Source: Eubacteriales bacterium (GTDB lineage: Bacteria > Bacillota > Clostridia > Oscillospirales > CAG-272). Taken from it: DNA of 64,000 nt. Positions 35,225 to 44,639 of this stretch are shown piece after piece. The notes under the pieces are model-generated. The model searched no databases. It was not told the DNA's origin and saw nothing but the letters and a program-made list of their open reading frames with translations. Within the stretch, counting starts at the first letter, position 1. Every line of letters begins with the position of its first letter. Position numbers and translations under genes: made by a program. The DNA is taken from positions 1,252-65,251 of the forward strand of contig JAZOVZ010000078.1 in NCBI GenBank assembly GCA_045658965.1. Reading direction: 5' to 3'.

Positions 35225-36620
35225 TCTTACGCAGCCTCCTTTCCAAAATGCCTACCAGCTTGGTCAGACCAAGCACCAGCACGAAATAAATGATTGCAAC
35301 CGCCAAAAGCGGCATAAAGTTACTGTAGGTTTGCGAACGGATCTTGATACCGCCCTGCGTCAGGTCGGCAACGCCGATGTAGAATGCAACCGAGGTTTCC
35401 TTGAGCAGCGTGATAAACTCGTTGCAAAGGCTGGGCAGCACCACCTTGAACGCCTGCGGAATGACGATATGCCACATGGTAGGCCAGAAGCCAAAGCCCA
35501 GCGATCTGCCTGCCTCGGTTTGTCCTGCATCGATCGACATAATACCGCCGCGAATGATCTCGGATACGTACGCGCCCGAGTTCAGACCAAAGCACAGCAC
35601 CGCTGCGGGGAATTTTTCAATGCCTATGGGCAAAAGCAGCACGAAATAAATGATCAGCAGCTGCACCATAACGGGCGTGCCGCGAATGACCGCGATATAC
35701 GCCTTGACAAGCTTATCAAGATAATACAGCTTATCGGTCTTGTCATGTACGATACGGATCAGCGAGGTGATCACACCAAGTCCGATACCCAAAAGCAGCG
35801 CAAGCGCAGTAATGGCAAGCGTGTTGCCAAGGCCCTGCACAAGATACTTCCAATGGTCGTCCTCAATAAAGTTGCGATAAAATTCATCCTTGATCTCATT
35901 GATCTTCTGATGCAGAAGCGATGCCGTATCGGGCTTTGCATCGTCATAGTTGGTGGTTCCGAAGAACTGATCCAAGCCTTTGCGGATGGTATTGTTATTG
36001 ACGATGGATACGACCTTGCCATCCACCGTGATCTCATTTGTGCTCTTGATGTCCTTGGAGATAGCAGCAACGTCACCAAGCAGCGCGTCAACGGCTGCAT
36101 CAGACAGGTGCATGACGTAATCGCCCTGCAGCGTGCTGTACAAGTAAATATCCGCCTCGCCGCTCACGCTTGCCGCCTGCTCGATCAGCCCGGTTGCTTT
36201 CGTGTAATCGGAAAGTGCTTTTTGAATGTTGGAAGCGTTGGAGCTGCCCTGCAAGGTCGTTTGGTATGCAATAGCAAACAGCTCGCCTTTATGCTCCTTG
36301 TACAGCGTGCCAAGATCGGGGCGCGTATATTTGACGTGCACCACGTACTCGCGCTCAGCTCCCTGCTCGATCGAAACAATTTCGATCTCGGTGCTTTGCT
36401 GCGCGGTATAGGTAGCGCACCAGCTCGTCTTAAACAGCGGCAGCTCGGCAAGTGTGCTTTCAATGGTCTGCTGCGCTTGCTCTTTTGTGGGGGCTGCGTC
36501 GGTGACGTTGTTGGTCACGGCATCCGCAACCAGCACGCCGACAATGACCAGCACGCACGCAAAAACCAGGCACAAATTGATTATCAGTCTTTTTTTGCTC
36601 TTAGGCAAAGGTTTTTTCAT
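35214..36620 (-). CDS. amino acid ABC transporter permease with long N-terminal extracytoplasmic extension
   Basis: The C-terminal half carries the polar-amino-acid permease signature (TSLIRIVHD...IRGTP...EAGRSLGF). Start is placed at MKKPLPK behind AAGGA. Confidence 0.85.
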   Translation of the reverse strand: MKKPLPKSKKRLIINLCLVFACVLVIVGVLVADAVTNNVTDAAPTKEQAQQTIESTLAELPLFKTSWCATYTAQQSTEIEIVSIEQGAEREYVVHVKYTRPDLGTLYKEHKGELFAIAYQTTLQGSSNASNIQKALSDYTKATGLIEQAASVSGEADIYLYSTLQGDYVMHLSDAAVDALLGDVAAISKDIKSTNEITVDGKVVSIVNNNTIRKGLDQFFGTTNYDDAKPDTASLLHQKINEIKDEFYRNFIEDDHWKYLVQGLGNTLAITALALLLGIGLGVITSLIRIVHDKTDKLYYLDKLVKAYIAVIRGTPVMVQLLIIYFVLLLPIGIEKFPAAVLCFGLNSGAYVSEIIRGGIMSIDAGQTEAGRSLGFGFWPTMWHIVIPQAFKVVLPSLCNEFITLLKETSVAFYIGVADLTQGGIKIRSQTYSNFMPLLAVAIIYFVLVLGLTKLVGILERRLRKSER

Positions 36621-36707
36621 GTAAACGAATCCTTTCAAAGCGTTTCTAATACCTCAAAAAGGTGGGATGGCAATGCCATCCCACACTTTTTCGGGGCTTA
36701 TTACTTA

Positions 36708-37463
36708 TTACTTAATGTAGCTGTCGATAATGCTCTTGATGGTGCCGTCCTCGGTCAGCTCCATGATCGCGTTGTTGATCTTTTCCAGCAGCTCGGCGTT
36801 GCCCTTCTTTACGCAGATTGCGTAGTCCTCGTTTGCATAAGCGGTCTCCAGAATGGTCAGACCTGCGTTTGCAGCTACCAGAGCCTCTGCGGGCTGGTTG
36901 TCGATGATGACGCAGTCAATGCTGCCGCCCAGCAGTGCAAGAACTGCCTCGTTACCGTTGGAATAGGTGGTTACGTTCTCGGAACCGAAATCATCGGTTG
37001 CGTAGATGTCACCGGTGGTACCCAGCTGAACGCCTACCTTGTAGTTTGCGCCCTCTGCGTAGAGGTCGTCAGCGCAGGTGATGGGAGAGCCTTCCTTAAC
37101 GATGATCGCCTGAACACCGTTTGCGTAGGAGATAGAGAAGTCAACCTCAAGCAGACGCTTTTCGGTAACGGTCATGCCTGCCATACCAAAGTCAACGGAG
37201 CCTTCGTTAACAGCGGTGATGATGGAGTTGAATTCCATATCCACGATCTCAAGCTCCATACCGAGCTTTTCAGCGATAGCAGCAGCGATCTCAGCGTCGA
37301 TACCGACGATCTTATCACCGTCATAATATTCATAGGGCTTGAAGTATGCGTTGGTAGCCATCTTGAGTACGGGCTTTTCCTCTTCCTTGTCGCAGGAAGC
37401 GAATACGGCGATACAGGACATAGCAAGCATCAGAGCCATCAGCATAGCAATAATCTTTTTCAT
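36708..37463 (-). CDS. amino acid ABC transporter substrate-binding lipoprotein
   Basis: Start at MKKIIAMLMALMLAMSCIAVFASC (lipobox) behind AAAGGAGAA. It has the family-3 SBP motifs YFKPYEY and GIDAEIA. Confidence 0.9.
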   Translation of the reverse strand: MKKIIAMLMALMLAMSCIAVFASCDKEEEKPVLKMATNAYFKPYEYYDGDKIVGIDAEIAAAIAEKLGMELEIVDMEFNSIITAVNEGSVDFGMAGMTVTEKRLLEVDFSISYANGVQAIIVKEGSPITCADDLYAEGANYKVGVQLGTTGDIYATDDFGSENVTTYSNGNEAVLALLGGSIDCVIIDNQPAEALVAANAGLTILETAYANEDYAICVKKGNAELLEKINNAIMELTEDGTIKSIIDSYIK

Positions 37464-37515
37464 GGTAGTTTCTCCTTTGGAACTCGGTGCATCGTGCACG
37501 TTTATTATGTGCATA

Positions 37516-37544
37516 ATTATACACCGATATGCAAGGTTTGTCAA
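37516..37544 (-). promoter_or_regulatory. promoter of the amino-acid ABC operon
   Basis: Minus strand reads TTGACA, 17 nt ending TGT, then TATAAT. Confidence 0.7.
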
Positions 37545-37711
37545 CCCCCTTTTTGTAAAATTTATGCACAAATATCGCGATATTCTTGCGCATTCTTTAT
37601 AGCATTTTCACCAACAAGGGCGTTTTCGTCGAAATTATGCAATTTTCTGCATGCATTTCATGCATTTATTTATTCACGTTTTTGTGCATATATGCAATTA
37701 TGTGTGCATAT

Positions 37712-37745
37712 AACAAGAAAAGCGGCTTGCCTTTCGGCAAGCCGC
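37712..37745 (-). terminator. intrinsic terminator of rubrerythrin gene
   Basis: GCGGCTTGCCtttcGGCAAGCCGC followed on the minus strand by TTTTCTTGTT. Confidence 0.85.
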
Positions 37746-37760
37746 AAATGATACTTTCAA

Positions 37761-38300
37761 TTAATAGTTGTCAGCCTTGATCTCAAAGTAAGCCTGGGGA
37801 TGTGCGCAAACGGGGCACATAACGGGAGCAGCCTTACCAACTACAACGTGACCGCAGTTACGGCAGATCCAGATAGCCTCGCCGTCCTTGGAGAACACGA
37901 TCTTGTTCTCGATGTTGCCCAGCAGCTTCTTATATCTCTCCTCATGCTCCTTCTCGATCTTAGCAACAGCCTCGAACAGGTAAGCAATGCGGGTAAAGCC
38001 TTCCTCGCGAGCGGTCTTTGCAAAGCCTGCGTACATATCGGTCCACTCGTAGTTCTCGCCCTCTGCAGCGTCCTTGAGGTTGGTCATGGTGTCCGGAACC
38101 TCACCGTCGTGCAGCAGCTTGAACCACAGCTTTGCGTGCTCTTTTTCGTTGTTAGCGGTTTCCTCGAAAATAGCTGCGATCTGCTCGTAGCCTTCTTTTC
38201 TTGCCTTGGATGCATAGTAGGTGTACTTGTTTCTTGCCTGAGATTCACCTGCAAATGCAGCCATCAAATTCTTTTCGGTTTGAGAGCCTCTGAGTTCCAT
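37761..38300 (-). CDS. rbr: rubrerythrin
   Basis: N-terminal ferritin-like di-iron motifs ([22 protein letters not shown]) and C-terminal rubredoxin CRNCGH...CPVCAHP. Confidence 0.93.
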   Translation of the reverse strand: MELRGSQTEKNLMAAFAGESQARNKYTYYASKARKEGYEQIAAIFEETANNEKEHAKLWFKLLHDGEVPDTMTNLKDAAEGENYEWTDMYAGFAKTAREEGFTRIAYLFEAVAKIEKEHEERYKKLLGNIENKIVFSKDGEAIWICRNCGHVVVGKAAPVMCPVCAHPQAYFEIKADNY

Positions 38301-38328
38301 AATAAAAATTCTCCTTTAATATAAAAAA

Positions 38329-38727
38329 TTATTGATTTTGGTGGGAATGTTCCCTATTGCATTCGGGGCACAGCCCGAAAAATTGTACGTGGCACGCGTC
38401 TATCCGACCGCCCGGCACCGCCACGGCACCGTTCTCGATCACCGCGGTGTCCGGAATTTCAACGTCGCTGATCGCACCGCACCTGCTGCACACCATATGT
38501 GCGTGCTTACCGAGCGTGATGTCAAAGCAATCCGAGCTGCCTGCCAGCACCAGTCGCTGCACCTCCCCGTTCTCGGCAGCTTCTGCCAGTACGCGGAACA
38601 CGGTGGCTCTGGAAACGGTGGGGTCAAGCTCGCTTACTGCCTTCAGGACGTTATTCGCCGTCGGATGATCCAGCGCATGCACAGCTTGCATGACAAGCTC
38701 TGTCTGATGCGTTTTTCTCGTTCTCAT
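38329..38727 (-). CDS. Fur family transcriptional regulator (PerR-like by context)
   Basis: Winged-helix N-terminus (TVSRATVFRVL), CSRCG and CPEC zinc motifs. Directly upstream of rbr in the same orientation. Confidence 0.85.
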   Translation of the reverse strand: MRTRKTHQTELVMQAVHALDHPTANNVLKAVSELDPTVSRATVFRVLAEAAENGEVQRLVLAGSSDCFDITLGKHAHMVCSRCGAISDVEIPDTAVIENGAVAVPGGRIDACHVQFFGLCPECNREHSHQNQ

Positions 38728-38746
38728 TTCCGTCGGTGAGCTCCTT

Positions 38747-38765
38747 ATTAAGACTGTGTCTTAAT
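38747..38765. promoter_or_regulatory. 19-bp perfect palindrome overlapping the -10/TSS of the Fur-family gene (candidate autoregulatory operator)
   Basis: ATTAAGACtgtGTCTTAAT. It abuts a promoter at 38764-38791 (minus strand TTGACA, 16 nt ending TGA, TATAAT). Confidence 0.55.
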
Positions 38766-38811
38766 TATATCACAAACCACGAAAATGTCAATAGGTTTTC
38801 GAAAATTTCTT

Positions 38812-39486
38812 TTAAGAATTTTTGGTTTCCTTGTCACTCTCTACCCAATCCACGTCGGGCAGGTCGTCCGAAAGCTCGTCCTCGGGGATCTCATCGTCCT
38901 CGTCCCCGTCGCGCAGCTTTTTATATCTCGCCCCTTGGTATGCACCGACCACGGCAATACCCAGCGCAGCCTTTGCGGTCCACTTAACGGTTCTTTCCAT
39001 CTCCTTGGTCACGTCTGCAAGCTTGGGCGCAGTTTCGGGATAGACAAAATCCTCCTCGTCCTCCACACGCTGCTCAAGATCCTCGCAAAACTTTCGCTGG
39101 TCGTTCAGTTCCTTGATCTGCATAGGGCAGAACACGCCAAATATGATGACAGCCGCGCCCGCGATGATCAATCCCTTAAGCAGGTGCTTACGTTGCGCAT
39201 CCCTGTTGCTGCCCAAGCAAGCCAGCATCGGCACGGTGGCTGCAAGGATCAGCGGCACGGTATATCCCACCGTGATCACGATCCAGCCAAAGTCCTTTTT
39301 GCTGTCCTCAATCAGCTCATCCTGCTTGGTCACAAACTGATCGTTGAGCACGTCCAACGACACGCCCAGCAGCACGCACAGCACCACAATACCGATCAGC
39401 ACGCGCACAACGTCCACGATCACAGACTTTTTTATGCGCAGCACCTTTCTATTTTGCATCGAGCTTGCTTTTTGATTCTTTGCCAT
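38812..39486 (-). CDS. membrane protein, unknown function
   Basis: Start at MAKNQKASS behind AAGGAG. Four TM helices and an acidic C-terminal tail. Confidence 0.65.
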   Translation of the reverse strand: MAKNQKASSMQNRKVLRIKKSVIVDVVRVLIGIVVLCVLLGVSLDVLNDQFVTKQDELIEDSKKDFGWIVITVGYTVPLILAATVPMLACLGSNRDAQRKHLLKGLIIAGAAVIIFGVFCPMQIKELNDQRKFCEDLEQRVEDEEDFVYPETAPKLADVTKEMERTVKWTAKAALGIAVVGAYQGARYKKLRDGDEDDEIPEDELSDDLPDVDWVESDKETKNS

Positions 39487-39581
39487 ACCAAACTCGCTCC
39501 TTACCTTACAATTTATTTTATTTATTATATCATACATCACCGCGCTTGTCCAGTACCGCATGCAAAATTCTCTGCCTGCAG

Positions 39582-39610
39582 TTGACACTTTTATGCACTT
39601 ATGCTATAAT
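39582..39610 (+). promoter_or_regulatory. promoter of 39636->
   Basis: TTGACA, 17 nt ending TGC, then TATAAT. Confidence 0.7.
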
Positions 39611-39635
39611 AAATGCAGAAAGTGAGGCGATATGC

Positions 39636-39833
39636 ATGGCAGCCCTGCAAAACAAAAAGCCCGCAAACTGCGAGAGCTGTGAATTTTACGACTACGACGA
39701 GGAATACGACGCATACGTATGCTTAGTATCTCTTGACGAGGACGATATGTGCGATTTTCTTTCGCACAACACGGGACATTGCCCGTATTATCGGTTCTAC
39801 GACGAATATAAGAGCGTGCGGAAGCAAAATTAG
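39636..39833 (+). CDS. small Cys-rich protein (65 aa), unknown function
   Basis: MAALQNKKPANCESCEFYDYDEEYDAYVCLV...HCPYY. It has its own promoter, RBS (GTGAGG) and terminator. Confidence 0.6.
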   Translation: MAALQNKKPANCESCEFYDYDEEYDAYVCLVSLDEDDMCDFLSHNTGHCPYYRFYDEYKSVRKQN

Positions 39834-39850
39834 CGTGATGCGCTAATTTT
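39826..39850 (+). terminator. intrinsic terminator overlapping the stop codon
   Basis: AAAATTAGCGtgaTGCGCTAATTTT. Confidence 0.7.
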
Positions 39851-40062
39851 GCAGTTATATTCGCCTTTGGCGAGTGATATGCACAAGTGCGTGGTATTGC
39901 CTTCGGCAGTGATATGCGCTTCGCGCGTTAAGCATACAAGGCGAATATAATATCACTGCAACCGGCGGGAGCAATATCACTACGAGCGATGCGAGTAATA
40001 TCACGCCGAGCTGTGCAAGGCATATCACCTTGATTGCATATGTGACCACAAATGCAGAGCTT
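39851..40062. repeat. hairpin-plus-GTGATAT/ATATCAC word array with two-fold symmetry
   Basis: GTGATAT at 39873 and 39908, with degenerate GTGGTAT at 39890. ATATCAC at 39949, 39973, 39997 and 40021. Variable short hairpins lie between words. The outer/central inverted repeat is TATATTCGCC/GGCGAATATA. Confidence 0.85.
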
Positions 40063-40071
40063 GTAAAGAAA

Positions 40072-40103
40072 AGAGGACAGAGAACGTAAAAATTCTCTGT
40101 CCT
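40072..40103. terminator. bidirectional terminator
   Basis: GAGGACAGAGAA...TTCTCTGTCCTT flanked by A and T runs. Confidence 0.75.
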
Positions 40104-40180
40104 TTTCCTGTCGATAGGCATTTCCTTAATTCATACTGCTCCGGGGCAGACACACCTTGTCAGGTGCTTTTTTCACGGAC

Positions 40181-40651
40181 TTATCCGTTTGCCTTTTCTT
40201 TTTCAATCCTCTGCCTTTTCGCAGCCTCGATCCAGCGCACGGCACCCGTGACCACAATGATCGCCAATGCAATACCCGTACAGATCTTGACCGCTGCCAG
40301 CATGTTTTCCATAAACAAAGCCTGCTCGCCGCTGAACAGATAGAACATGGTATAATACAATCTGCTTCCCGGCACAAGCGGCAAAAGCGTGGGGATCATA
40401 AAAATGGTCGTAGGCGTTTTGAGCACGCGTGCCATGATCTCGCAATATACGCACGGCACCGCGGTCGCAGCCATGTTGGTGATCAGCGGATCAAGCCCGA
40501 TCGCATCCCCGATCAGCATGATGACGCAGGAAATGGTGCTGCCAAGCATTGCCCACGGCAGCTTTTTGGGCGGCACGTCAAAGATCACGGCAATGCCCAA
40601 GAGCGCAACAAAGCACGCAACCGTGCCGTATATGATCTGTCCCCAGTTCAT
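40181..40651 (-). CDS. threonine/serine exporter family protein (ThrE C-terminal-type subunit, DUF3815-like)
   Basis: Five TM helices. Start at MNWGQIIYG behind AGGAGGTG, with ATGA overlap to the upstream subunit. Confidence 0.75.
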   Translation of the reverse strand: MNWGQIIYGTVACFVALLGIAVIFDVPPKKLPWAMLGSTISCVIMLIGDAIGLDPLITNMAATAVPCVYCEIMARVLKTPTTIFMIPTLLPLVPGSRLYYTMFYLFSGEQALFMENMLAAVKICTGIALAIIVVTGAVRWIEAAKRQRIEKEKANG

Positions 40652-41436
40652 AGCACACCTCCTAAGGTCAGCCATGCAAGACCGTAGCCCGCCGCAATGA
40701 TTGCAGCCGTGAACAACGCTTGCACAAAGCGCAAAAGTCCCGAAACCATGTCGCCGCCAAACAAATCACGCAGCGAAGTACCCAGCGCAAGACCGGGGAT
40801 CATGAGCATGATCGTGCCGATCATAATTTCACCGGGATTGGTATGTGGCACGAACCTGCACGCGCCCAGCGCGGCAACGCCCGCCACAAAGGCTGTAATG
40901 AAGGTTTTAAGCGTGCCGTTGACCTTGGCGGGGGTGTACAGTGTAAACACCATGATCAGCACGCCAATGACAGCCGCCACCAAGCCGTCTGTCCAGCTGC
41001 CGCCAAAAAACACGGCAAAGCCGCCTGCGGCAATTGCCGCGCTGAGCAGCATCAGAAAATTCGAGTACGTCTTCTTTTGGCAAATGCGCTTGACCTCCTC
41101 CTTGACCTCCCACGGGTCCTCCGGGCAGGCGCAAAGTCTGCGCGAGAGCGCATTCAGCTTTTCAATGCGGACAAGGCTATTGCCGATATTTCCCACCTTA
41201 CGGATCTGGGTATAGTGGTCGCCGTTAGGCCCCTCCACGGTCACGCCCACCAGCACCACGATGGAAAACACGTCCACGTCGTGCGCGCCGTAGGCAAGGC
41301 AAAGCCTTTCCACCGTGTCCTCTACGCGACGCACCTCAGCCCCCGCCTCCAACAGGCGACAGCCAATGTCCAGTATGGTATCCAACACGTCGTCGTAGTC
41401 ATACGGGAGGATCGTGCTCATTGCTTGCTCTGTCAT
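40648..41436 (-). CDS. threonine/serine exporter family protein (ThrE N-terminal-type subunit, DUF1212-like)
   Basis: 262 aa with a soluble N-terminal domain (LDIGCRLLEAGAEVRRVEDTV) followed by TM helices. Confidence 0.75.
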   Translation of the reverse strand: MTEQAMSTILPYDYDDVLDTILDIGCRLLEAGAEVRRVEDTVERLCLAYGAHDVDVFSIVVLVGVTVEGPNGDHYTQIRKVGNIGNSLVRIEKLNALSRRLCACPEDPWEVKEEVKRICQKKTYSNFLMLLSAAIAAGGFAVFFGGSWTDGLVAAVIGVLIMVFTLYTPAKVNGTLKTFITAFVAGVAALGACRFVPHTNPGEIMIGTIMLMIPGLALGTSLRDLFGGDMVSGLLRFVQALFTAAIIAAGYGLAWLTLGGVL

Positions 41437-41575
41437 ACGTATATCACCTTCAAAAAATCAGATTTCAACAACAAAAGTATAGCACATTCCCGCGCGCTTG
41501 TCAAACACAACTTTACAGAATGTTCACCAATATTTTGCGGAAATTCGCTATAATATAATAAATAGGTAAATTTAA

Positions 41576-43138
41576 GTGAGGTGTTTTGGAAAATTGTTTG
41601 AAAAGACGGTATTGCTTGAGAAGATCAAGGAGTCTTTTGCCGCCGTCATGCCCGTCACGCTGATCACCATCCTGCTGGTTGCGACCATCTCGCCCGTCCA
41701 CACGGGCACGTTGCTCTCCTTTTTGCTGGGTGCCGTACTGCTGATCATCGGCATGGGTCTGTTCTCACTGGGGTCGGATATGTCCATGATCCCTATGGGT
41801 GAGTACATAGGCGCACAAATGACCAAGTCACGCAAGATCTGGCTTGTGGTCTTTCTCTCCTTCTTCGTGGGTTTTTTAGCAACGATTTGTGAGCCCGACC
41901 TGCAGGTGCTCGCCACCTACGTGCCCAACATCAAGCCCTTTATTCTGACCGCATCGGTCGGCTTGGGTGTGGGCATCTTCCTGGTCGTAGCCATGCTGCG
42001 CATTCTGTTCAAGGTCAAGCTTTCGCTGCTCTTGTGGATCTGCTATATCGGCGTGTTTGTCATGGCATTTTTCGTGCCCACCAACTTCTGGGCTGTTGCC
42101 TTTGACTCGGGCGGCGTCACCACAGGCCCCATGACCGTGCCCTTTATCATGGCACTTGGCGTGGGTGTTGCCTCCAGCCGTTCGGACGGTGCAGCCGATA
42201 ACGACTGCTTCGGCCTTGTAGCGCTTTCCTCTGTCGGTCCTATCTCGGCTGTCATGATCCTCGGTTTGATCGTGGGCGGTGAGATCGACCCCGGTGACCT
42301 TGGTGCGACCGAGATCATTACGGAATCCAACAAGATCCTGCTCCCCTTTTTGCGCCAGCTGCCGCATCAGCTCTGGGAAGTGCTCATGGCGCTGGGCCCC
42401 ATTTCGGGAGGCTTCTTCTTATTCCATCATCTGTGCGCCAAAAAGCCGGGCAACGCGCTGACCAAGCGTGCCCTGCATAAGATCCTGGTTGGCCTTGGCT
42501 ACACGTACCTGGGGCTTGTGCTGTTCTTGCTGGGCGCAAACATCGGTTTCTCTCCCTGCGGCTATCAGCTCGGCTCCGGTCTTGCTGACCCGAGCAAGGG
42601 GATCGCACACCTCATTATCATTCCTATAGGTGCTGTCGTCGGTTACTTCATCGTGCAGGCAGAGCCTGCCGTGCACGTGCTGACAAAGCAGGTCAATACC
42701 GTGACCGCAGGTGCTATCTCCCGCAAGGTGGTGCTGCGCTGTCTCTCCATCGGCGTTGCATGCTCGATCGCACTCGCCATGCTGCGCGTGCTGACCGGTA
42801 TCAGCATCATGTGGTTTTTGATCCCCGGCTATGCCATCGCGCTGCTGCTGACCGTCATCGTTCCCGCCCCCTTCCCCTCCATCGCGTTTGACGCGGGCGG
42901 CGTGGCATCGGGTCCCATGACCGCAGCGTTCCTGCTCCCCTTCGCCATGGGTGCTTGCAAAGCGGTTGGCGGTAACGCCGCGACCGACGCTTTCGGTGTG
43001 GTTGCATTCGTTGCCATGACGCCGCTGATTGCAGTACAGATCCCCGGCTTTATCTGGTACGTCAAGAGCTTTGCGCTCAAGAAGCACCTGCCGGATGCCA
43101 AGTTCGTTCCCATCGACGAAGATATCATCGACCTGTAA
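41576..43138 (+). CDS. DUF1538-family membrane protein
   Basis: 520 aa polytopic protein with two repeated halves containing AFDSGGVTTGPMTVPF and AFDAGGVASGPMTAAF. The start codon is uncertain (GTG at 41576 or a downstream TTG). Confidence 0.8.
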   Translation: MRCFGKLFEKTVLLEKIKESFAAVMPVTLITILLVATISPVHTGTLLSFLLGAVLLIIGMGLFSLGSDMSMIPMGEYIGAQMTKSRKIWLVVFLSFFVGFLATICEPDLQVLATYVPNIKPFILTASVGLGVGIFLVVAMLRILFKVKLSLLLWICYIGVFVMAFFVPTNFWAVAFDSGGVTTGPMTVPFIMALGVGVASSRSDGAADNDCFGLVALSSVGPISAVMILGLIVGGEIDPGDLGATEIITESNKILLPFLRQLPHQLWEVLMALGPISGGFFLFHHLCAKKPGNALTKRALHKILVGLGYTYLGLVLFLLGANIGFSPCGYQLGSGLADPSKGIAHLIIIPIGAVVGYFIVQAEPAVHVLTKQVNTVTAGAISRKVVLRCLSIGVACSIALAMLRVLTGISIMWFLIPGYAIALLLTVIVPAPFPSIAFDAGGVASGPMTAAFLLPFAMGACKAVGGNAATDAFGVVAFVAMTPLIAVQIPGFIWYVKSFALKKHLPDAKFVPIDEDIIDL

Positions 43139-43150
43139 GGAGGTCCCCCT

Positions 43151-43840
43151 ATGAAAGAACTGAATTTACTTTTGATTATCGCGCGCGAAAAGGATCGCAC
43201 CGCGTATGAAAAATATTTTTCGCGCCACGCGCTGGCATCGTACACCACCCTGCCCTGCCGCGGTACGGCACAGAACAAGGTGCTGGATCTGCTTGGCATT
43301 GAACAGACCGAAAAGACCATATTCCTATCGGTCATTGGCAAGCAGCAAACAAAGGACGTACTGAACACGCTGCCCGACCAGATGGAGATCGATCTGCCGG
43401 GCCGCGGCATCGGTCTGATCATTCCCGTAAACAGCATGGGCGGCGTGCGCTCCATGCAGGCACTCACGGGCAGCACAGACGCAGAGGAAAGAGAGGTTGT
43501 TAAAATGGAATATAACGCACATCTGATCATTGCAATACTCAACAAAGGCTTTTCCGACGTTGCCATGGAGGCAGCTCGCGCCGCAGGCGCGGGCGGCGGC
43601 ACGGTCGTGCGTGCCAAGGGCACTTACGGCAAGGGCGACGAGCACTTCTTTGGCATGACGCTTGCCGAGGAAAAGGACACCGTGCTCATCGTTGCCACCG
43701 AGGCACAGCGCAAGCCCATCATGCAGGCGCTGATGCACCAGGCAAGCGAAAAGCCCGAGCTTGGCACCATCACCTTCTCGGTGCCCGTATCCGATACCAT
43801 GGGTCTGCGCCTTGACCGCAACTTCAATCCGCAGAAATAA
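43151..43840 (+). CDS. tandem P-II-like signal-transduction family protein
   Basis: Two PII-like halves (LLLIIAREKD...LSVIG and HLIIAILNKGFSDVAMEAARAAGAGGGTVVRAKG). This is the classic partner gene of DUF1538. Confidence 0.75.
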   Translation: MKELNLLLIIAREKDRTAYEKYFSRHALASYTTLPCRGTAQNKVLDLLGIEQTEKTIFLSVIGKQQTKDVLNTLPDQMEIDLPGRGIGLIIPVNSMGGVRSMQALTGSTDAEEREVVKMEYNAHLIIAILNKGFSDVAMEAARAAGAGGGTVVRAKGTYGKGDEHFFGMTLAEEKDTVLIVATEAQRKPIMQALMHQASEKPELGTITFSVPVSDTMGLRLDRNFNPQK

Positions 43841-43858
43841 TACACACGGAGGAAATTT

Positions 43859-44563
43859 ATGAAAAGAATCATTGTTTTTCTGCTGGCTTTATCCTCGATT
43901 TTGACGCTGATTTCCTTCACAGGTTGCGCCAACGGAGAGCAGCCCCCTGCAGAAGATTCCGAGAACACTGATCTCGCACCCGAAAACGTCATCGTATATC
44001 CCGAGTGCAACGAGATCACCATGCAAAAATTCCAAGCCATCTATCAGGAAACGGGATACAACCCCGTCATAGAGTCCACGTATGACGAACAGACCAAGAC
44101 CTATATCAACGTCAAGGTAAACGCGCATTATGCCGAGGGTTTTGGCTATTACTCTATATTGAGTGAGCAAGAATACAAGGCGATTCAAGAATATCAGAAC
44201 ACGACCGGTATTCAGGTCATATATCCGACCGTAAGCATGCATGACAGACCCACGCATCAGAAAAACAAGTTTAACGCCGACATCTACTATCAAACGGAAA
44301 ATCCCGGTGCAATCACCGTCCACCCCAAGCTTGATCAAAACGGGAACTTCATTCCCAACTATTGGGCATATGCCGTTGGCTCCGAAAGCCCTTATATGAT
44401 AGCAGATTACAACTCCCTGCGCATTGAAGGCGAGAGCGGCGTGAACATCGACGGGGAGAATTACTACTACGTTTACGGCAGACTCCTGCCCGACGGCGTT
44501 GAGGTGCGTTTGTTCAAATACGCGTACAGCGAATACCGCAAGCAAGCGGGAACCAATTCATAA
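43859..44563 (+). CDS. lipoprotein, unknown function
   Basis: Lipobox ISFTGCANGEQ; GGAGGAAA RBS. Confidence 0.7.
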   Translation: MKRIIVFLLALSSILTLISFTGCANGEQPPAEDSENTDLAPENVIVYPECNEITMQKFQAIYQETGYNPVIESTYDEQTKTYINVKVNAHYAEGFGYYSILSEQEYKAIQEYQNTTGIQVIYPTVSMHDRPTHQKNKFNADIYYQTENPGAITVHPKLDQNGNFIPNYWAYAVGSESPYMIADYNSLRIEGESGVNIDGENYYYVYGRLLPDGVEVRLFKYAYSEYRKQAGTNS

Positions 44564-44639
44564 ACGAAAAGAAACAGCCCCATCGGGCAGCGAAATAAGC
44601 GGTAAAATAATCAAAAACCAATGCTTTCAAAAAGTAATT

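Noticed and set aside
37641-37655. CodY-box-like AATTTTCTGCATGCA upstream of the amino-acid ABC operon
   Set aside because: Only about 9 of 15 positions match the AATTTTCWGAAAATT consensus and the second half-site is missing. The recurring TGTGCATA word explains the region better.
35184-37751. 855-aa plus-strand ORF, the longest in its region
   Set aside because: It is antisense to three minus-strand genes that carry unmistakable ABC ATPase, permease and binding-protein motifs, RBSs and a promoter. The translation is low-complexity (H/Q/R/G-rich) with no recognisable motif or RBS. It is a typical GC-driven shadow ORF.
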